The translations under genes and the position numbers were made by a program. Below, in pieces: positions 26,387 through 34,880 of a DNA stretch of 35,549 nucleotides (its first letter is position 1; every line of letters starts with the position of its first letter). This DNA is from Chthonomonadales bacterium. GTDB lineage: Bacteria > Armatimonadota > Chthonomonadetes > Chthonomonadales > Chthonomonadaceae. Under the pieces are notes generated by a model that searched no databases, was not told the DNA's origin, and saw only the letters and a program-made list of their open reading frames with translations. The stretch is taken from the NCBI GenBank assembly GCA_038217285.1, contig JBBQPO010000021.1:1-35549 (forward strand). The letters are read 5' to 3'.

Positions 26387-28603
26387 TCAGGGCTGTGGGG
26401 CACCGCGTAACACCGTGATGGAATACGGTAACAGAGTGAAAGATCCGCTTCTTTGCGTGACTGGACGCAGAATCTGTGCCGGAGGCAGATTGGGATTGGC
26501 ATACCCGCTTTTCCCCTTCGGATGCCAGACATACTGCTGCGGGGAGTATTGGATCTCCGTCGTCGGGCCGGTCAGGCCGATCAGAGGCCGATTCGCCGAC
26601 CCCTTGAATTCGATACGCACGGTATGCGCCTTCTTCGGGTCTTTGTTCAAGAGGAGGAGGGACCACTTCCCATCCGGTCGGTGAACGGCGTATGCGGTGA
26701 TGAGAGGCTGCCCGAGGGTGTTCTTCAAGGCACAGTCGGCGGGAAAAAGCGTGTGCAGTCCCGATCCTGGTAGCGCCCACTCCTGCGTGAGCATTCGGGC
26801 GCCGTAATATGTCGCCAGCGGACGGAGAATGTGGCCCTGATCGTCCGACTGAAAGAGAGCGAGATTGCCCCAGGAGTTGCAGTCCGTGGTTTCGTCCATC
26901 AGTTCGCCAGGCTCGAAGCCGTAGAGGTAGGCCGCTTTGCCGCCGAGTGTGAGAAACTGCGCGACGATCTCTGCATTGAGGATGGCGCCCGCCATGTCTA
27001 CCTCCGGCTGCCCCCCGAAGGCAGAGTAGCCGTACTCCGAGATGATCCACGGAACAGAAGGCTTTAGACCGCTCTGCTGAAGCCGTCCGAGGAGCGCCGC
27101 CAGCAGGCCCGGCGCGGCGGCGAGCTGCGATTGGGTCGGCTGGCAGACGTTGTCGAAGGGATACCATTCGAACGAAAAAAAGTTCAGGTCCGAACCCTGT
27201 CCATGGGTTTCCAGAGCCTTCAAGAAGCGGTTGAACCAGGAGATATTTCCGTGCCCATCGGGCCATGTCACGTAGTCGTAGATATTGGTCTGGAAGCCAG
27301 GCCCTCCGAAATGTAAGGACGGGTCTACCGCGTGGAGCGCCCTGGCGAACTGCATATAGAGAGCGGCATAGTCTTCCGGCGCAATATTCTGGCCATCGGG
27401 CTCCTCGCCCATCTCGACCCTTCTCACGTCGTAGCCCCGTGCTTTGAGGTATTTGATCTCCGCCACAGCGTTTTCCGGCGTATCGTAGAGAGGTGCAACG
27501 GGAACCATAACGGGCAGGCCATGCGGGAGGGGGCCGCGAAAGATGAGATCGAAACCGGGCTGTTCGACATCTGCGTCCAGATCGGACGCGGAGTGCCAGG
27601 GGTCGGTCGACGAGGTGTAGGTTAGTGTCTGCGTTTTTCCGGTCCTGCCATGCTTGAGCAGATCTGTGAAGCGCCCGTCTCTCTGCGTACCGATATAGAT
27701 TTCGCGCAGAGCGTAACCAAGGCCGTCACGCACATCTGCGGAAGGAACTGGGGCGGTTTCCGAACTGGCCGTCATCCGTATTCGCAGGAATCGAATCGGA
27801 ATAGGCTGGTGGGCGAACTGAATGGTGACGTCGCCTCCACGTCCGGCTTTTACAGCGCCGTCGGCAAAGGGAACCCACCGACTGGCCTGGTTGCCCGACG
27901 TTTCATGCTCGTTGAGAAAGATGGGGTCCGACCCGGTGTACTGTTCTATGAAGTATGCGGTGGCGTAAGGCGTTCCCCACAGCAGACGGATCGCGTTGAC
28001 CGGCCCGATCTGGCGCAGGTCGAGCACGACCCACTGTGGATGAAGCGCATTGTCTTCCCCGGTGAAATGGTGGTCGAGGTACGGATTGCTCTTCCAGAAG
28101 CTGCGCGTGTCGCCGTCTGTCAAGCGGGAATAGCCCCGGTTGTTGGCCTGGTCGATGGAGTTTCCACGCCTGGGCAGTTGGTATCCGTTACAGATGCGGA
28201 CAGGCGCACCGGGCGTTGCAGAGGATGTCCAGTAGCCCTGTTTGTGTGCGGCATCCGACCATCTCCCCTCGGGGTTCCAGTGCCAGGCTTCGACGGCAAG
28301 CTCGGTTCGGAGGCGGTAGGTCAGCGGCTGGAACCCCGCCGTGAGCATCGCTTTCAGGTTACCCGGCGTGTAGAGTTGAGCGATACTCCCTTTCTCGTGG
28401 CCATCGACGCCGGCACCGAACGCTTCGGACGGGCGAAACTGACCGGCAGGGCGATCCGTATGGACCGTTACGACGGTGGGGTCGTCGGTCGCCGTAGGGG
28501 AAGCCTTGGTAGAGACGGGGGGATCGCTGCCGGACGGCAGAGAGACGACGCCGGTCAGGAGCAGGGCGAAACCGACCGAAAGAACTCTTTTTGAGAGGCG
28601 CAT
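26387..28603 (-). CDS. Secreted clan-A-like glycoside hydrolase with inserted discoidin (F5/8 type C) domain
   Basis: Signal peptide; LTDGDTRSFW, QWVVLDL, RFLRI (discoidin); VEMGEEPD (putative acid/base), WIISEYG (putative nucleophile); C-terminal beta-sandwich ending LPYSITVL. Confidence 0.75.
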   Translation of the reverse strand: MRLSKRVLSVGFALLLTGVVSLPSGSDPPVSTKASPTATDDPTVVTVHTDRPAGQFRPSEAFGAGVDGHEKGSIAQLYTPGNLKAMLTAGFQPLTYRLRTELAVEAWHWNPEGRWSDAAHKQGYWTSSATPGAPVRICNGYQLPRRGNSIDQANNRGYSRLTDGDTRSFWKSNPYLDHHFTGEDNALHPQWVVLDLRQIGPVNAIRLLWGTPYATAYFIEQYTGSDPIFLNEHETSGNQASRWVPFADGAVKAGRGGDVTIQFAHQPIPIRFLRIRMTASSETAPVPSADVRDGLGYALREIYIGTQRDGRFTDLLKHGRTGKTQTLTYTSSTDPWHSASDLDADVEQPGFDLIFRGPLPHGLPVMVPVAPLYDTPENAVAEIKYLKARGYDVRRVEMGEEPDGQNIAPEDYAALYMQFARALHAVDPSLHFGGPGFQTNIYDYVTWPDGHGNISWFNRFLKALETHGQGSDLNFFSFEWYPFDNVCQPTQSQLAAAPGLLAALLGRLQQSGLKPSVPWIISEYGYSAFGGQPEVDMAGAILNAEIVAQFLTLGGKAAYLYGFEPGELMDETTDCNSWGNLALFQSDDQGHILRPLATYYGARMLTQEWALPGSGLHTLFPADCALKNTLGQPLITAYAVHRPDGKWSLLLLNKDPKKAHTVRIEFKGSANRPLIGLTGPTTEIQYSPQQYVWHPKGKSGYANPNLPPAQILRPVTQRSGSFTLLPYSITVLRGAPQP

Positions 28604-28638
28604 GGATGGTCCTAAACTGAGAGGGGTAAGGTCGGAAG

Positions 28639-28668
28639 AGTGTACCTGACAGTGTCATCGTCTGGCAA
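28639..28668 (-). promoter_or_regulatory. sigma70 promoter of the glycoside hydrolase with a palindrome in its spacer
   Basis: TTGCCA (28668-28663), N18, TACACT (28644-28639); TGACA-G-TGTCA at 28647-28657. Confidence 0.5.
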
Positions 28669-28784
28669 ATTTGCTGCGGTCGGGCCAATGAAACTGCGCC
28701 GATGGAGAGGAGAACGGGCGGGAGGCGTCGAAACTGAAGGAGATTTCGGCGGCAGGCCGACGCGGGAACGGAGAGCGAAGGCCA

Positions 28785-29525
28785 GTGAACCCTAAGGGAA
28801 AAACCTCGGAACCGGAGACATCCTCACAGTCAGGAACGACTCTGGCCGGGAATCAGGCGGCAGCGCCATCGCAGCAGGTCGTCCATGTGTGGACGCTCTG
28901 GCTGATCGGAATGCTGATTATTTTCGGAATCGTTGCGGTGTGGTACGCCTATCGACTCAAAACCAATCGCGCCTGGAGAACGTTTGCCGCGCAGATCAAA
29001 GGAGAGTTTCGACCGCGTAATCTGTTGTCGCCCGATGTCCTGACGGCGACCGTTCGCGGACGTGGCTTCATGTTGGAGACTTCGACCAGCAGCGAGGACG
29101 ATGCGCCGTATTACCACACAAAAGCCAGTATACCGATCAAGAACTCCGCAGGTTTCGTGATGGGCCTGCGGCGCAAAAGTATGTTGGAGGAGGCCCAGTC
29201 TCGGAACGAAGCCTCGACGGTAGACCTCGGGGATGCCAATTTTGCCCGTCGGTTCTTCGTGTTGAGTAACGATCCTGAGGCTGTCAGCGCCATACTGACG
29301 CCGGAAGCGCGTCGAGAGTTGAATCGCTACCACGATATCGAGATCTATGTGCGGCTCGGTACGATGGAGTGGCGACGGTCCGGCGAGGTGAATGCGCTGC
29401 AGTGCATAGAACGTTTGACGAATCTGCTCCTGGACATGGGAGATCGCATCGACACCCTTCCTGCGCGTCCGCGCACGCTCTCGGAGCGGCTTGCAGACGA
29501 AGCCCTTATCCAGAAGGGCGTCTGA
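28785..29525 (+). CDS. Single-pass membrane protein, unknown function
   Basis: One TM helix followed by RLKTNRAWRTFA and a soluble domain (DLGDANFARRF); GTG start uncertain. Confidence 0.75.
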   Translation: MNPKGKTSEPETSSQSGTTLAGNQAAAPSQQVVHVWTLWLIGMLIIFGIVAVWYAYRLKTNRAWRTFAAQIKGEFRPRNLLSPDVLTATVRGRGFMLETSTSSEDDAPYYHTKASIPIKNSAGFVMGLRRKSMLEEAQSRNEASTVDLGDANFARRFFVLSNDPEAVSAILTPEARRELNRYHDIEIYVRLGTMEWRRSGEVNALQCIERLTNLLLDMGDRIDTLPARPRTLSERLADEALIQKGV

Positions 29526-29661
29526 GTGAAATAATTTTTTTCTGCTCTTTAGCAAGGTACAATGACAAAACGATAGTGGGATTGTACAGGGCGTTCGCCA
29601 ACGCCGCTCACACTTTCTGCGCCGCCACGGCAGCGCAAATCTACACGATGGAGGAAGCGGA

Positions 29662-29736
29662 ATGATAACAGTATCGACAACGGGTCTTGGACACAACCGC
29701 ATAGTAGCCCTCTCCACCGCGTGGAACTCTCTTTGA
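29662..29736 (+). CDS. Candidate 24-aa uORF MITVSTTGLGHNRIVALSTAWNSL upstream of the sigma gene
   Basis: GGAGG at 29650-29654, 7 nt before ATG 29662; TGA at 29734-29736. Confidence 0.35.
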   Translation: MITVSTTGLGHNRIVALSTAWNSL

Positions 29737-29907
29737 CCGCCTGACGGTCGAAGCATTCCTTTCGGATTAAGCCTTTCTTCAAGGGTGTGGGGTCGTACCG
29801 CAGCGTAGTCTGCGTACGGACCTCGACGCCTTCCTGAGACAGAGCCGACGGTGGAGAAACCGACGGTTCTTTTTCGTTTCAGTCTGCTCTTGAAGAGAGG
29901 TTTCGTA

Positions 29908-30414
29908 ATGCAGCCACTGTTAGAACGAGGCGTCGAGGATCCCCTCGACAGCGCTCGAATGCTGGATACAATCAAATCGCGTATCGAAAAGATGGCGGCC
30001 TACTTCGGACGCCAGTGCGGGGTGGATGCGGACGACCTTCGTCAAGAGGCCTGGGTCGCGGTACTGGAGACACTGCCGAACCTCGATCCTACCGTCGGAT
30101 CACCGGAGCAGCATCTCCTGAAACGGGCCCGCTGGCGCATTCTGGATTCCATTCGGTGGCAGCGCCGTCGGCAACATCTGGCCCTCACCGATCTGGAGTT
30201 GAATTCGGCCTCCTATCTGGATCCACATAGCGATGTGGACCTGGCCGAACTCCAGACACGCCTGACCCCCATACAGAAGCGCATCCTGCGCGGCCTGCTC
30301 GAAGGTTACACCTGGCGTGAGGTAGGGGAGATCGTCGGCTGCACGTCGGCAAATGTCGCGTACCACGTTCGGCGTATCCGTCAGGTCTATCTGGAACTCG
30401 ATAGCGTCGATTGA
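29908..30414 (+). CDS. ECF-type (group 4) sigma-70 factor
   Basis: Region 2 (DADDLRQEAWVAVL..ARWRILDSIR) and region 4 HTH (LTPIQKRIL..GYTWREVGEIVGCTSANVAYHVRR); GAGAGG RBS before ATG 29908. Confidence 0.85.
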   Translation: MQPLLERGVEDPLDSARMLDTIKSRIEKMAAYFGRQCGVDADDLRQEAWVAVLETLPNLDPTVGSPEQHLLKRARWRILDSIRWQRRRQHLALTDLELNSASYLDPHSDVDLAELQTRLTPIQKRILRGLLEGYTWREVGEIVGCTSANVAYHVRRIRQVYLELDSVD

Positions 30415-30508
30415 TTTGTTCCATTCGATCCTTTCGCCCGACTGAATCCCAATTTAGTCGGGCGAATTCGTTTTTGAACTCCGTGCAGGAGAAGGCTCGG
30501 CAAACCGC

Positions 30509-30535
30509 GAACTATCCGGGGGTAACCGACGTCTT
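30509..30535 (+). promoter_or_regulatory. ECF-type promoter GAACT-N16-CGTCT upstream of the porin
   Basis: GAACT 30509-30513, 16 nt, CGTCTT 30530-30535; same geometry as the pair at 2276-2340. Confidence 0.5.
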
Positions 30536-30637
30536 TCTGCCCCCTTTGTGCCTCCATGGAACCCAAGTCGACATATCCGTCGGGAAGGAATGCTTTTGTT
30601 TCCGTATGTAATCAATCACGGGCTATTGTTGACGCCT

Positions 30638-32416
30638 ATGCGCCTGAATCGCTCCTGTAAACTGCATTTATCGAACATAGGAGTCGTGGCGGGGATGTTT
30701 TTGAGCCTCACTTCGGTTGCTGCCCAGGAGCCGGGGGGTAGTTCCTCGCAGAATCCTGTCTCGCCAGCCTCCGCTGCCGTTCCTGTGAAAAAGGCGAAGC
30801 CCGACAGTAAGGCTGCACCTCTGGACGCAGACGGCAAACCGTTGGTGCGCAAGGCGCCCCTTGTCGTCTCCGGTCTGCTGCACACCTGGTACGGCAATGG
30901 TCTCGGGAACACGCTCGGCGGCAATCTACCGGGCCAGCCTCCACCCCAGGGCCGTAACTATGGGACCGGTGGCCGCGACGAGTTACGATTTCGGCGCGCG
31001 CAGGTCGCGGTGTCGGGGAGCCCTGCCGATCTGTTCGACTATCGAGTCATGCTCGACTTCGCGCCTTCGAACCTGCTTCAGGACTTCTGGGTCGGCTATC
31101 AGGCGGGCCGTCATGTACGGATCGAACTGGGACGTCAAAAAACCGGCCTGAGTGAGGAGGGCAGCCGCCCCGACGACCAACTGCTTACGATCGCCCGCTC
31201 GGTGCTCAACGAGGATCTGCCGGTTCAGGGCGGGAGGGTAGGCGATGTGCGATCAACCGGGGCCGCGCTCCGGTATCGATTCACGGGGGTACATGGTTTC
31301 GTAGGGATTTGGAACAGTCTGGGCGACACCGACGGGCTCTCTTTTTCAGGGGCCCGCAAATTTATCGACGGAGCCCTCTACATCGACCCTGTACCGCACG
31401 TGACTCTGGGAATATGGGGCGGCAGAAATGTCGGCGGCAGTGGACCTGTCGAGGATCGGGAGCGCACCGGGGCCACGATGCTCTATCGGAACGGAAAACA
31501 CTTTCTTGAGGCGGAAGTCGCGTATACACGCGACTACGCGGCCGGTGCGCCAGCGCCGGGCAAGACCGGCAGCCTCGGACGTGGCGGCTACCTGATGTAC
31601 GCGTATCGCCTGTCACCGGTATGGCAGGTCGTCGGGCGATACGACAACTGGGATCCCGCCAAACAGACCCGCTTTACCGGCACAGCCACGACGGAAAGCG
31701 GAATCGCGATACCGCGGTCCAATCACAAACTGCGGGAATACACCTTCGGTGTCAACTACAACGTGCCGCACCACGACGCCCGCGTTCAGCTCAACTACGT
31801 GCGGGAAGACACGGAACAGAACGGCGGCAGCTTTTTTGGCATCCAGCGTAGTCTGGTTTTCCTCAACCTTCAACTCGGCTACGACTCTCCGACCGTCTCC
31901 AACAGAGCGCCGGAAGAGTTCGATCATCACGAGACGGCACATGCCAAAGCCTATCCGCTTCAAAATGCCTTTCGGTTAGGACTGTTGACCACTTCTCGAG
32001 ACGGATCGGCGTCGGGAGCGGCCTTTGGCACTCCCGCCAGTCAACATGCACCTCGCTTCCCTCGACTCGGGCTGGCGTTGGGAGCGGACTTTACCCTCCC
32101 GAAAGCGAAGCTGCTCCCGCAGGCCGAAACCCGCTTGAGCGCCGATCTGCTGGCCCCCTTTGACGTGCCGAGTTTCCTCGGCCTGCCTAAGACGCAGGCC
32201 ACGATCACACTGGACCAGGTGTTCGCGAGGCATCCGCACGCACGCGGCCTCTACGGCGGGTTCGGCGTCGGCCCCTACTTTGGACTGAAAGCCAGGCCAG
32301 GCGGCAAACTCTTTATCGGGGAGAACCTTTCGAGCACACTGGGCATCGAGTTGACGGCGCACTTTACCGGCCTGCCGGCCCCGCGCTACACGCTTCAGGT
32401 GCGCTTTCCGCTCTAA
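30638..32416 (+). CDS. OprO/OprP-like porin fused to a second small C-terminal beta-barrel (start uncertain)
   Basis: Signal peptide ending VAA-Q; FRRAQVAVSG, LLQDFWVGY, IELGRQK, GRYDNWDP, YTFGVNY, RVQLNY; C-terminus YTLQVRFPL. Confidence 0.75.
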   Translation: MRLNRSCKLHLSNIGVVAGMFLSLTSVAAQEPGGSSSQNPVSPASAAVPVKKAKPDSKAAPLDADGKPLVRKAPLVVSGLLHTWYGNGLGNTLGGNLPGQPPPQGRNYGTGGRDELRFRRAQVAVSGSPADLFDYRVMLDFAPSNLLQDFWVGYQAGRHVRIELGRQKTGLSEEGSRPDDQLLTIARSVLNEDLPVQGGRVGDVRSTGAALRYRFTGVHGFVGIWNSLGDTDGLSFSGARKFIDGALYIDPVPHVTLGIWGGRNVGGSGPVEDRERTGATMLYRNGKHFLEAEVAYTRDYAAGAPAPGKTGSLGRGGYLMYAYRLSPVWQVVGRYDNWDPAKQTRFTGTATTESGIAIPRSNHKLREYTFGVNYNVPHHDARVQLNYVREDTEQNGGSFFGIQRSLVFLNLQLGYDSPTVSNRAPEEFDHHETAHAKAYPLQNAFRLGLLTTSRDGSASGAAFGTPASQHAPRFPRLGLALGADFTLPKAKLLPQAETRLSADLLAPFDVPSFLGLPKTQATITLDQVFARHPHARGLYGGFGVGPYFGLKARPGGKLFIGENLSSTLGIELTAHFTGLPAPRYTLQVRFPL

Positions 32417-32447
32417 ACGCACTCTAAAGGCGGGTCGTGGGCAGACT

Positions 32448-33596
32448 ATGGCTGAAATCAACTATCGAATCGGGGCGGAGGCGGCGTTGTGGAAGCCCGC
32501 GCTCCTTCCTGTCTACCTGTTCTTCGGGGAAGAGGATCGGATGAAGGAGGAGGCGGTCGCGGCCTTCGTCCGGCATGTGGTCGCTGCCGACTTCGCCGAT
32601 TTCGACCTGGAAAAACTGAGTGCAAATGACTCGACCGCCGACAGCGTGTTGGCGGCCGTGGGGCAGGTTCCGTTTGGGTCGGAGCGGCGACTGGTGGTCG
32701 TGCGGGGCATGGAGCAGTGGCGCGAACGGGGCAAACAGGCGGAGGTGGAACGCCTCGCGGAGGGGATCTCCCGACTGACCGACTCGGCTTGCCTGGTGCT
32801 GGTCGCGGCGGCGCAGGACGATGAGGACAAGCGCAAGACGGCGGTTACGGTAAAACTGGACAACGCCGTAAAGAAAATCGGGGCTATCGTCGCGTGCCGG
32901 GCGATCAAAGGCGAGGGATTGCAGGCGTGGGTGGCGGAGGTCGCCCGTCGCGATGGCAAGCGAATAGCGCCGGAGGCGGCGGAGCAGTTGGTGCGGGCGG
33001 TCGGAACCGAGATGCGGCCCCTGGAGCAGGAGATCATCAAGCTCGTCTGCTACGTGGGGGAGCGGGAGACGATCACCACGCAGGATGTCTCGCGGGTGGT
33101 TGCGTCCAGTCCGGAAGATGTCATGTTCTCGACCATCGATGCGATCTGCCGCCGTCAGACCGACCGCGCCCTGACGTTACTTGGCGAACTTCACCATTAC
33201 GATCCGAAACCTCAGGCGGTCGCGCCCAAGCTTCTGGCGCTGCTGGCTCGGCAGTACCGGATGCTCTGGCAGGCGAAGTTTCTGGCCGACAAGCGTGTCA
33301 ATCCGCGGGAGGTGCGCGCGCTTCCACCGGATCTGGCGGGCGAGCTGCCCTCCGAAGGAAACATCGCCGGCGTTGCCTTCAAAGCCGCCGAGCTATTTAC
33401 GCTCTCCCGCAGCTACACCTGGGAGGAGCTGACCCATGCCCTCGACAGGCTGCTGTTGTGCGACCTGGCGAATAAAGGAGGGGTAACGGACGAGTCGGGA
33501 CCGTTCGGAGGCGATCTGGTCGCGAACTTGCAGATGCTGGTGATGGAGTTGACAGGGACGTTTCAAAAACGAGGTGGGCAGAGCGGCCAACGATAG
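32448..33596 (+). CDS. holA: DNA polymerase III subunit delta
   Basis: PVYLFFGEE, PFGSERRLVVV, LEQEIIKLVCY and LLARQYR motifs; convergent with rpsT as in many bacteria. Confidence 0.93.
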   Translation: MAEINYRIGAEAALWKPALLPVYLFFGEEDRMKEEAVAAFVRHVVAADFADFDLEKLSANDSTADSVLAAVGQVPFGSERRLVVVRGMEQWRERGKQAEVERLAEGISRLTDSACLVLVAAAQDDEDKRKTAVTVKLDNAVKKIGAIVACRAIKGEGLQAWVAEVARRDGKRIAPEAAEQLVRAVGTEMRPLEQEIIKLVCYVGERETITTQDVSRVVASSPEDVMFSTIDAICRRQTDRALTLLGELHHYDPKPQAVAPKLLALLARQYRMLWQAKFLADKRVNPREVRALPPDLAGELPSEGNIAGVAFKAAELFTLSRSYTWEELTHALDRLLLCDLANKGGVTDESGPFGGDLVANLQMLVMELTGTFQKRGGQSGQR

Positions 33597-33598
33597 TG

Positions 33599-33625
33599 AG
33601 CCTGCGGAGACGGGCTCGGCAGGCT
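33599..33625. terminator. Hairpin between convergent holA and rpsT
   Basis: AGCCTGC-G-GAG / CTC-G-GCAGGCT. Confidence 0.5.
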
Positions 33626-33656
33626 GCAAAATCTGTGGGCGCTTCGGAGGCCGGAT

Positions 33657-33932
33657 TCAGGCGGCAGAAGCGACTTTGTTCGCACGTTTCATCAGACGGG
33701 ACTTGCGTCGCGCGGCCTGATTCTTGTGAATGATGCCGCGCTCGGCGGTCTTGTCGATCGTCGAACAGGCGGCGCGAATGGCGGTCGCCGTGGTCTCGAC
33801 TTCGGAATGACCGTCGATGGCCGCTTTCGCCTTCTTGATGAAAGTTTTCATCGCGGACTTCGCGGAAATGTTGCGCAGATGGTTCTTACGGGACTTGATG
33901 ACGTCTTTTTTAACGGATTTGATATTGGGCAC
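33657..33932 (-). CDS. rpsT: 30S ribosomal protein S20 (GTG start)
   Basis: MPNIKS, KSAMKTFIKK and GIIHKNQAARRKSRL motifs; GAGGAGGT RBS. Confidence 0.98.
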   Translation of the reverse strand: MPNIKSVKKDVIKSRKNHLRNISAKSAMKTFIKKAKAAIDGHSEVETTATAIRAACSTIDKTAERGIIHKNQAARRKSRLMKRANKVASAA

Positions 33933-33958
33933 GGGTTTCCACCTCCTCTAAGCAGTGA

Positions 33959-33988
33959 AGTATACCCCAAAACCGCCGCTTCTAACAA
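33959..33988 (-). promoter_or_regulatory. Probable rpsT promoter
   Basis: TTGTTA (33988-33983), N18, TATACT (33964-33959). Confidence 0.45.
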
Positions 33989-34189
33989 GAGCGAGAAACG
34001 AAATCATATTTAAGGAGTTTCTAGCCGTATTGGAAGAGAAACCTGATCAGTACGCGGAAGCGGTTTACCGTGACGACACATTGAACTGCGGATAGCTTTT
34101 AATTTGGGAAGAATCCGTATTCATCGCGGTCGTATATCCGATATCCGGTTGTATCGTGTAATCGACCGAACAGAGGGAGACAAACTGAA

Positions 34190-34816
34190 ATGCCTGAAGT
34201 AATCGCTCCGATTTTGATGGAGGTCCCGGAAGAGTTGCTTGGGGAACGCGTACTGGTGAGGCGATACCGACCGGGAGATGGCGCACAGTTGTGGGAAGCT
34301 CTTGAGGAGTCGCGCGATCATCACTTGCCCTGGATATCCTGGGGCGGAGCCTATAAATTGCCGACAGACGCTGAGGAGAGCGCATGTAAGATGCACGCCC
34401 GGTGGCTGCTGCGTGAAGATCTGCCTCTTGGTATCTGGGAGCGTGCAACCGGCAGGTATCTTGGCGCGATTAATCTGAATCGGATTGATTGGAAGGTGCC
34501 ATCCCTGGATCTCGGTTACTGGCTGCGTAAGTCCGCCGAGGGCCATGGTTACATGACGGAAGCTGGAAAACTGGTATGCTCGCTTGCGTTTGAAACTCTT
34601 GGCATCATTCGGGTCGAGGTACACATAGTTGCAGGCAACCATCGCAGCGTTGCTGTACCGCGAAGACTGGGCTTTATTCACGAGGGAACTCTTCGTCAGT
34701 CTGGCCGCAGTATCACAGGTGAGCTGGTTGACATGGTCAACTACCGTCGCCTACAGGCGAACGGCTTGTCCTCCCCTGGAAGCGAGTGCTGCCAGGTAGA
34801 ACCTTGGGCCAGTTGA
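34190..34816 (+). CDS. RimJ/RimL-family GNAT whose native C-terminus is replaced after ~34735 by read-through into the IS right end
   Basis: DLGYWL..GHGYMTEA, NHRSVAVPRRLGF..EGTLR, GELVDM motifs, then sequence derived from the IS end hairpin. Confidence 0.85.
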   Translation: MPEVIAPILMEVPEELLGERVLVRRYRPGDGAQLWEALEESRDHHLPWISWGGAYKLPTDAEESACKMHARWLLREDLPLGIWERATGRYLGAINLNRIDWKVPSLDLGYWLRKSAEGHGYMTEAGKLVCSLAFETLGIIRVEVHIVAGNHRSVAVPRRLGFIHEGTLRQSGRSITGELVDMVNYRRLQANGLSSPGSECCQVEPWAS

Positions 34817-34880
34817 CAGGGTGACCCTTGTTTCCAGAACCAACGCGGCATTCACATCCGCATTGGACTCGAAACAGCAG
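34716..34880 (-). ncRNA. Predicted omega/reRNA: scaffold over the tnpB 3' end plus guide from host flank; 5' boundary approximate
   Basis: Established TnpB architecture. Right-end hairpin is visible, and GTCAAC (34817-34812) is complementary to the terminal GTTGAC (34741-34736). Confidence 0.55.

Noticed and set aside
28830..29975. 381-aa minus-strand ORF
   Set aside because: Overlaps two better-supported plus-strand genes and has no protein-like features.
34737..34835. Possible frameshift in the tnpB tail (VNWP..GDGS* in an alternative frame)
   Set aside because: It lies after RuvC-III where TnpB tails vary and conservation is at RNA level; cannot be supported without alignments.
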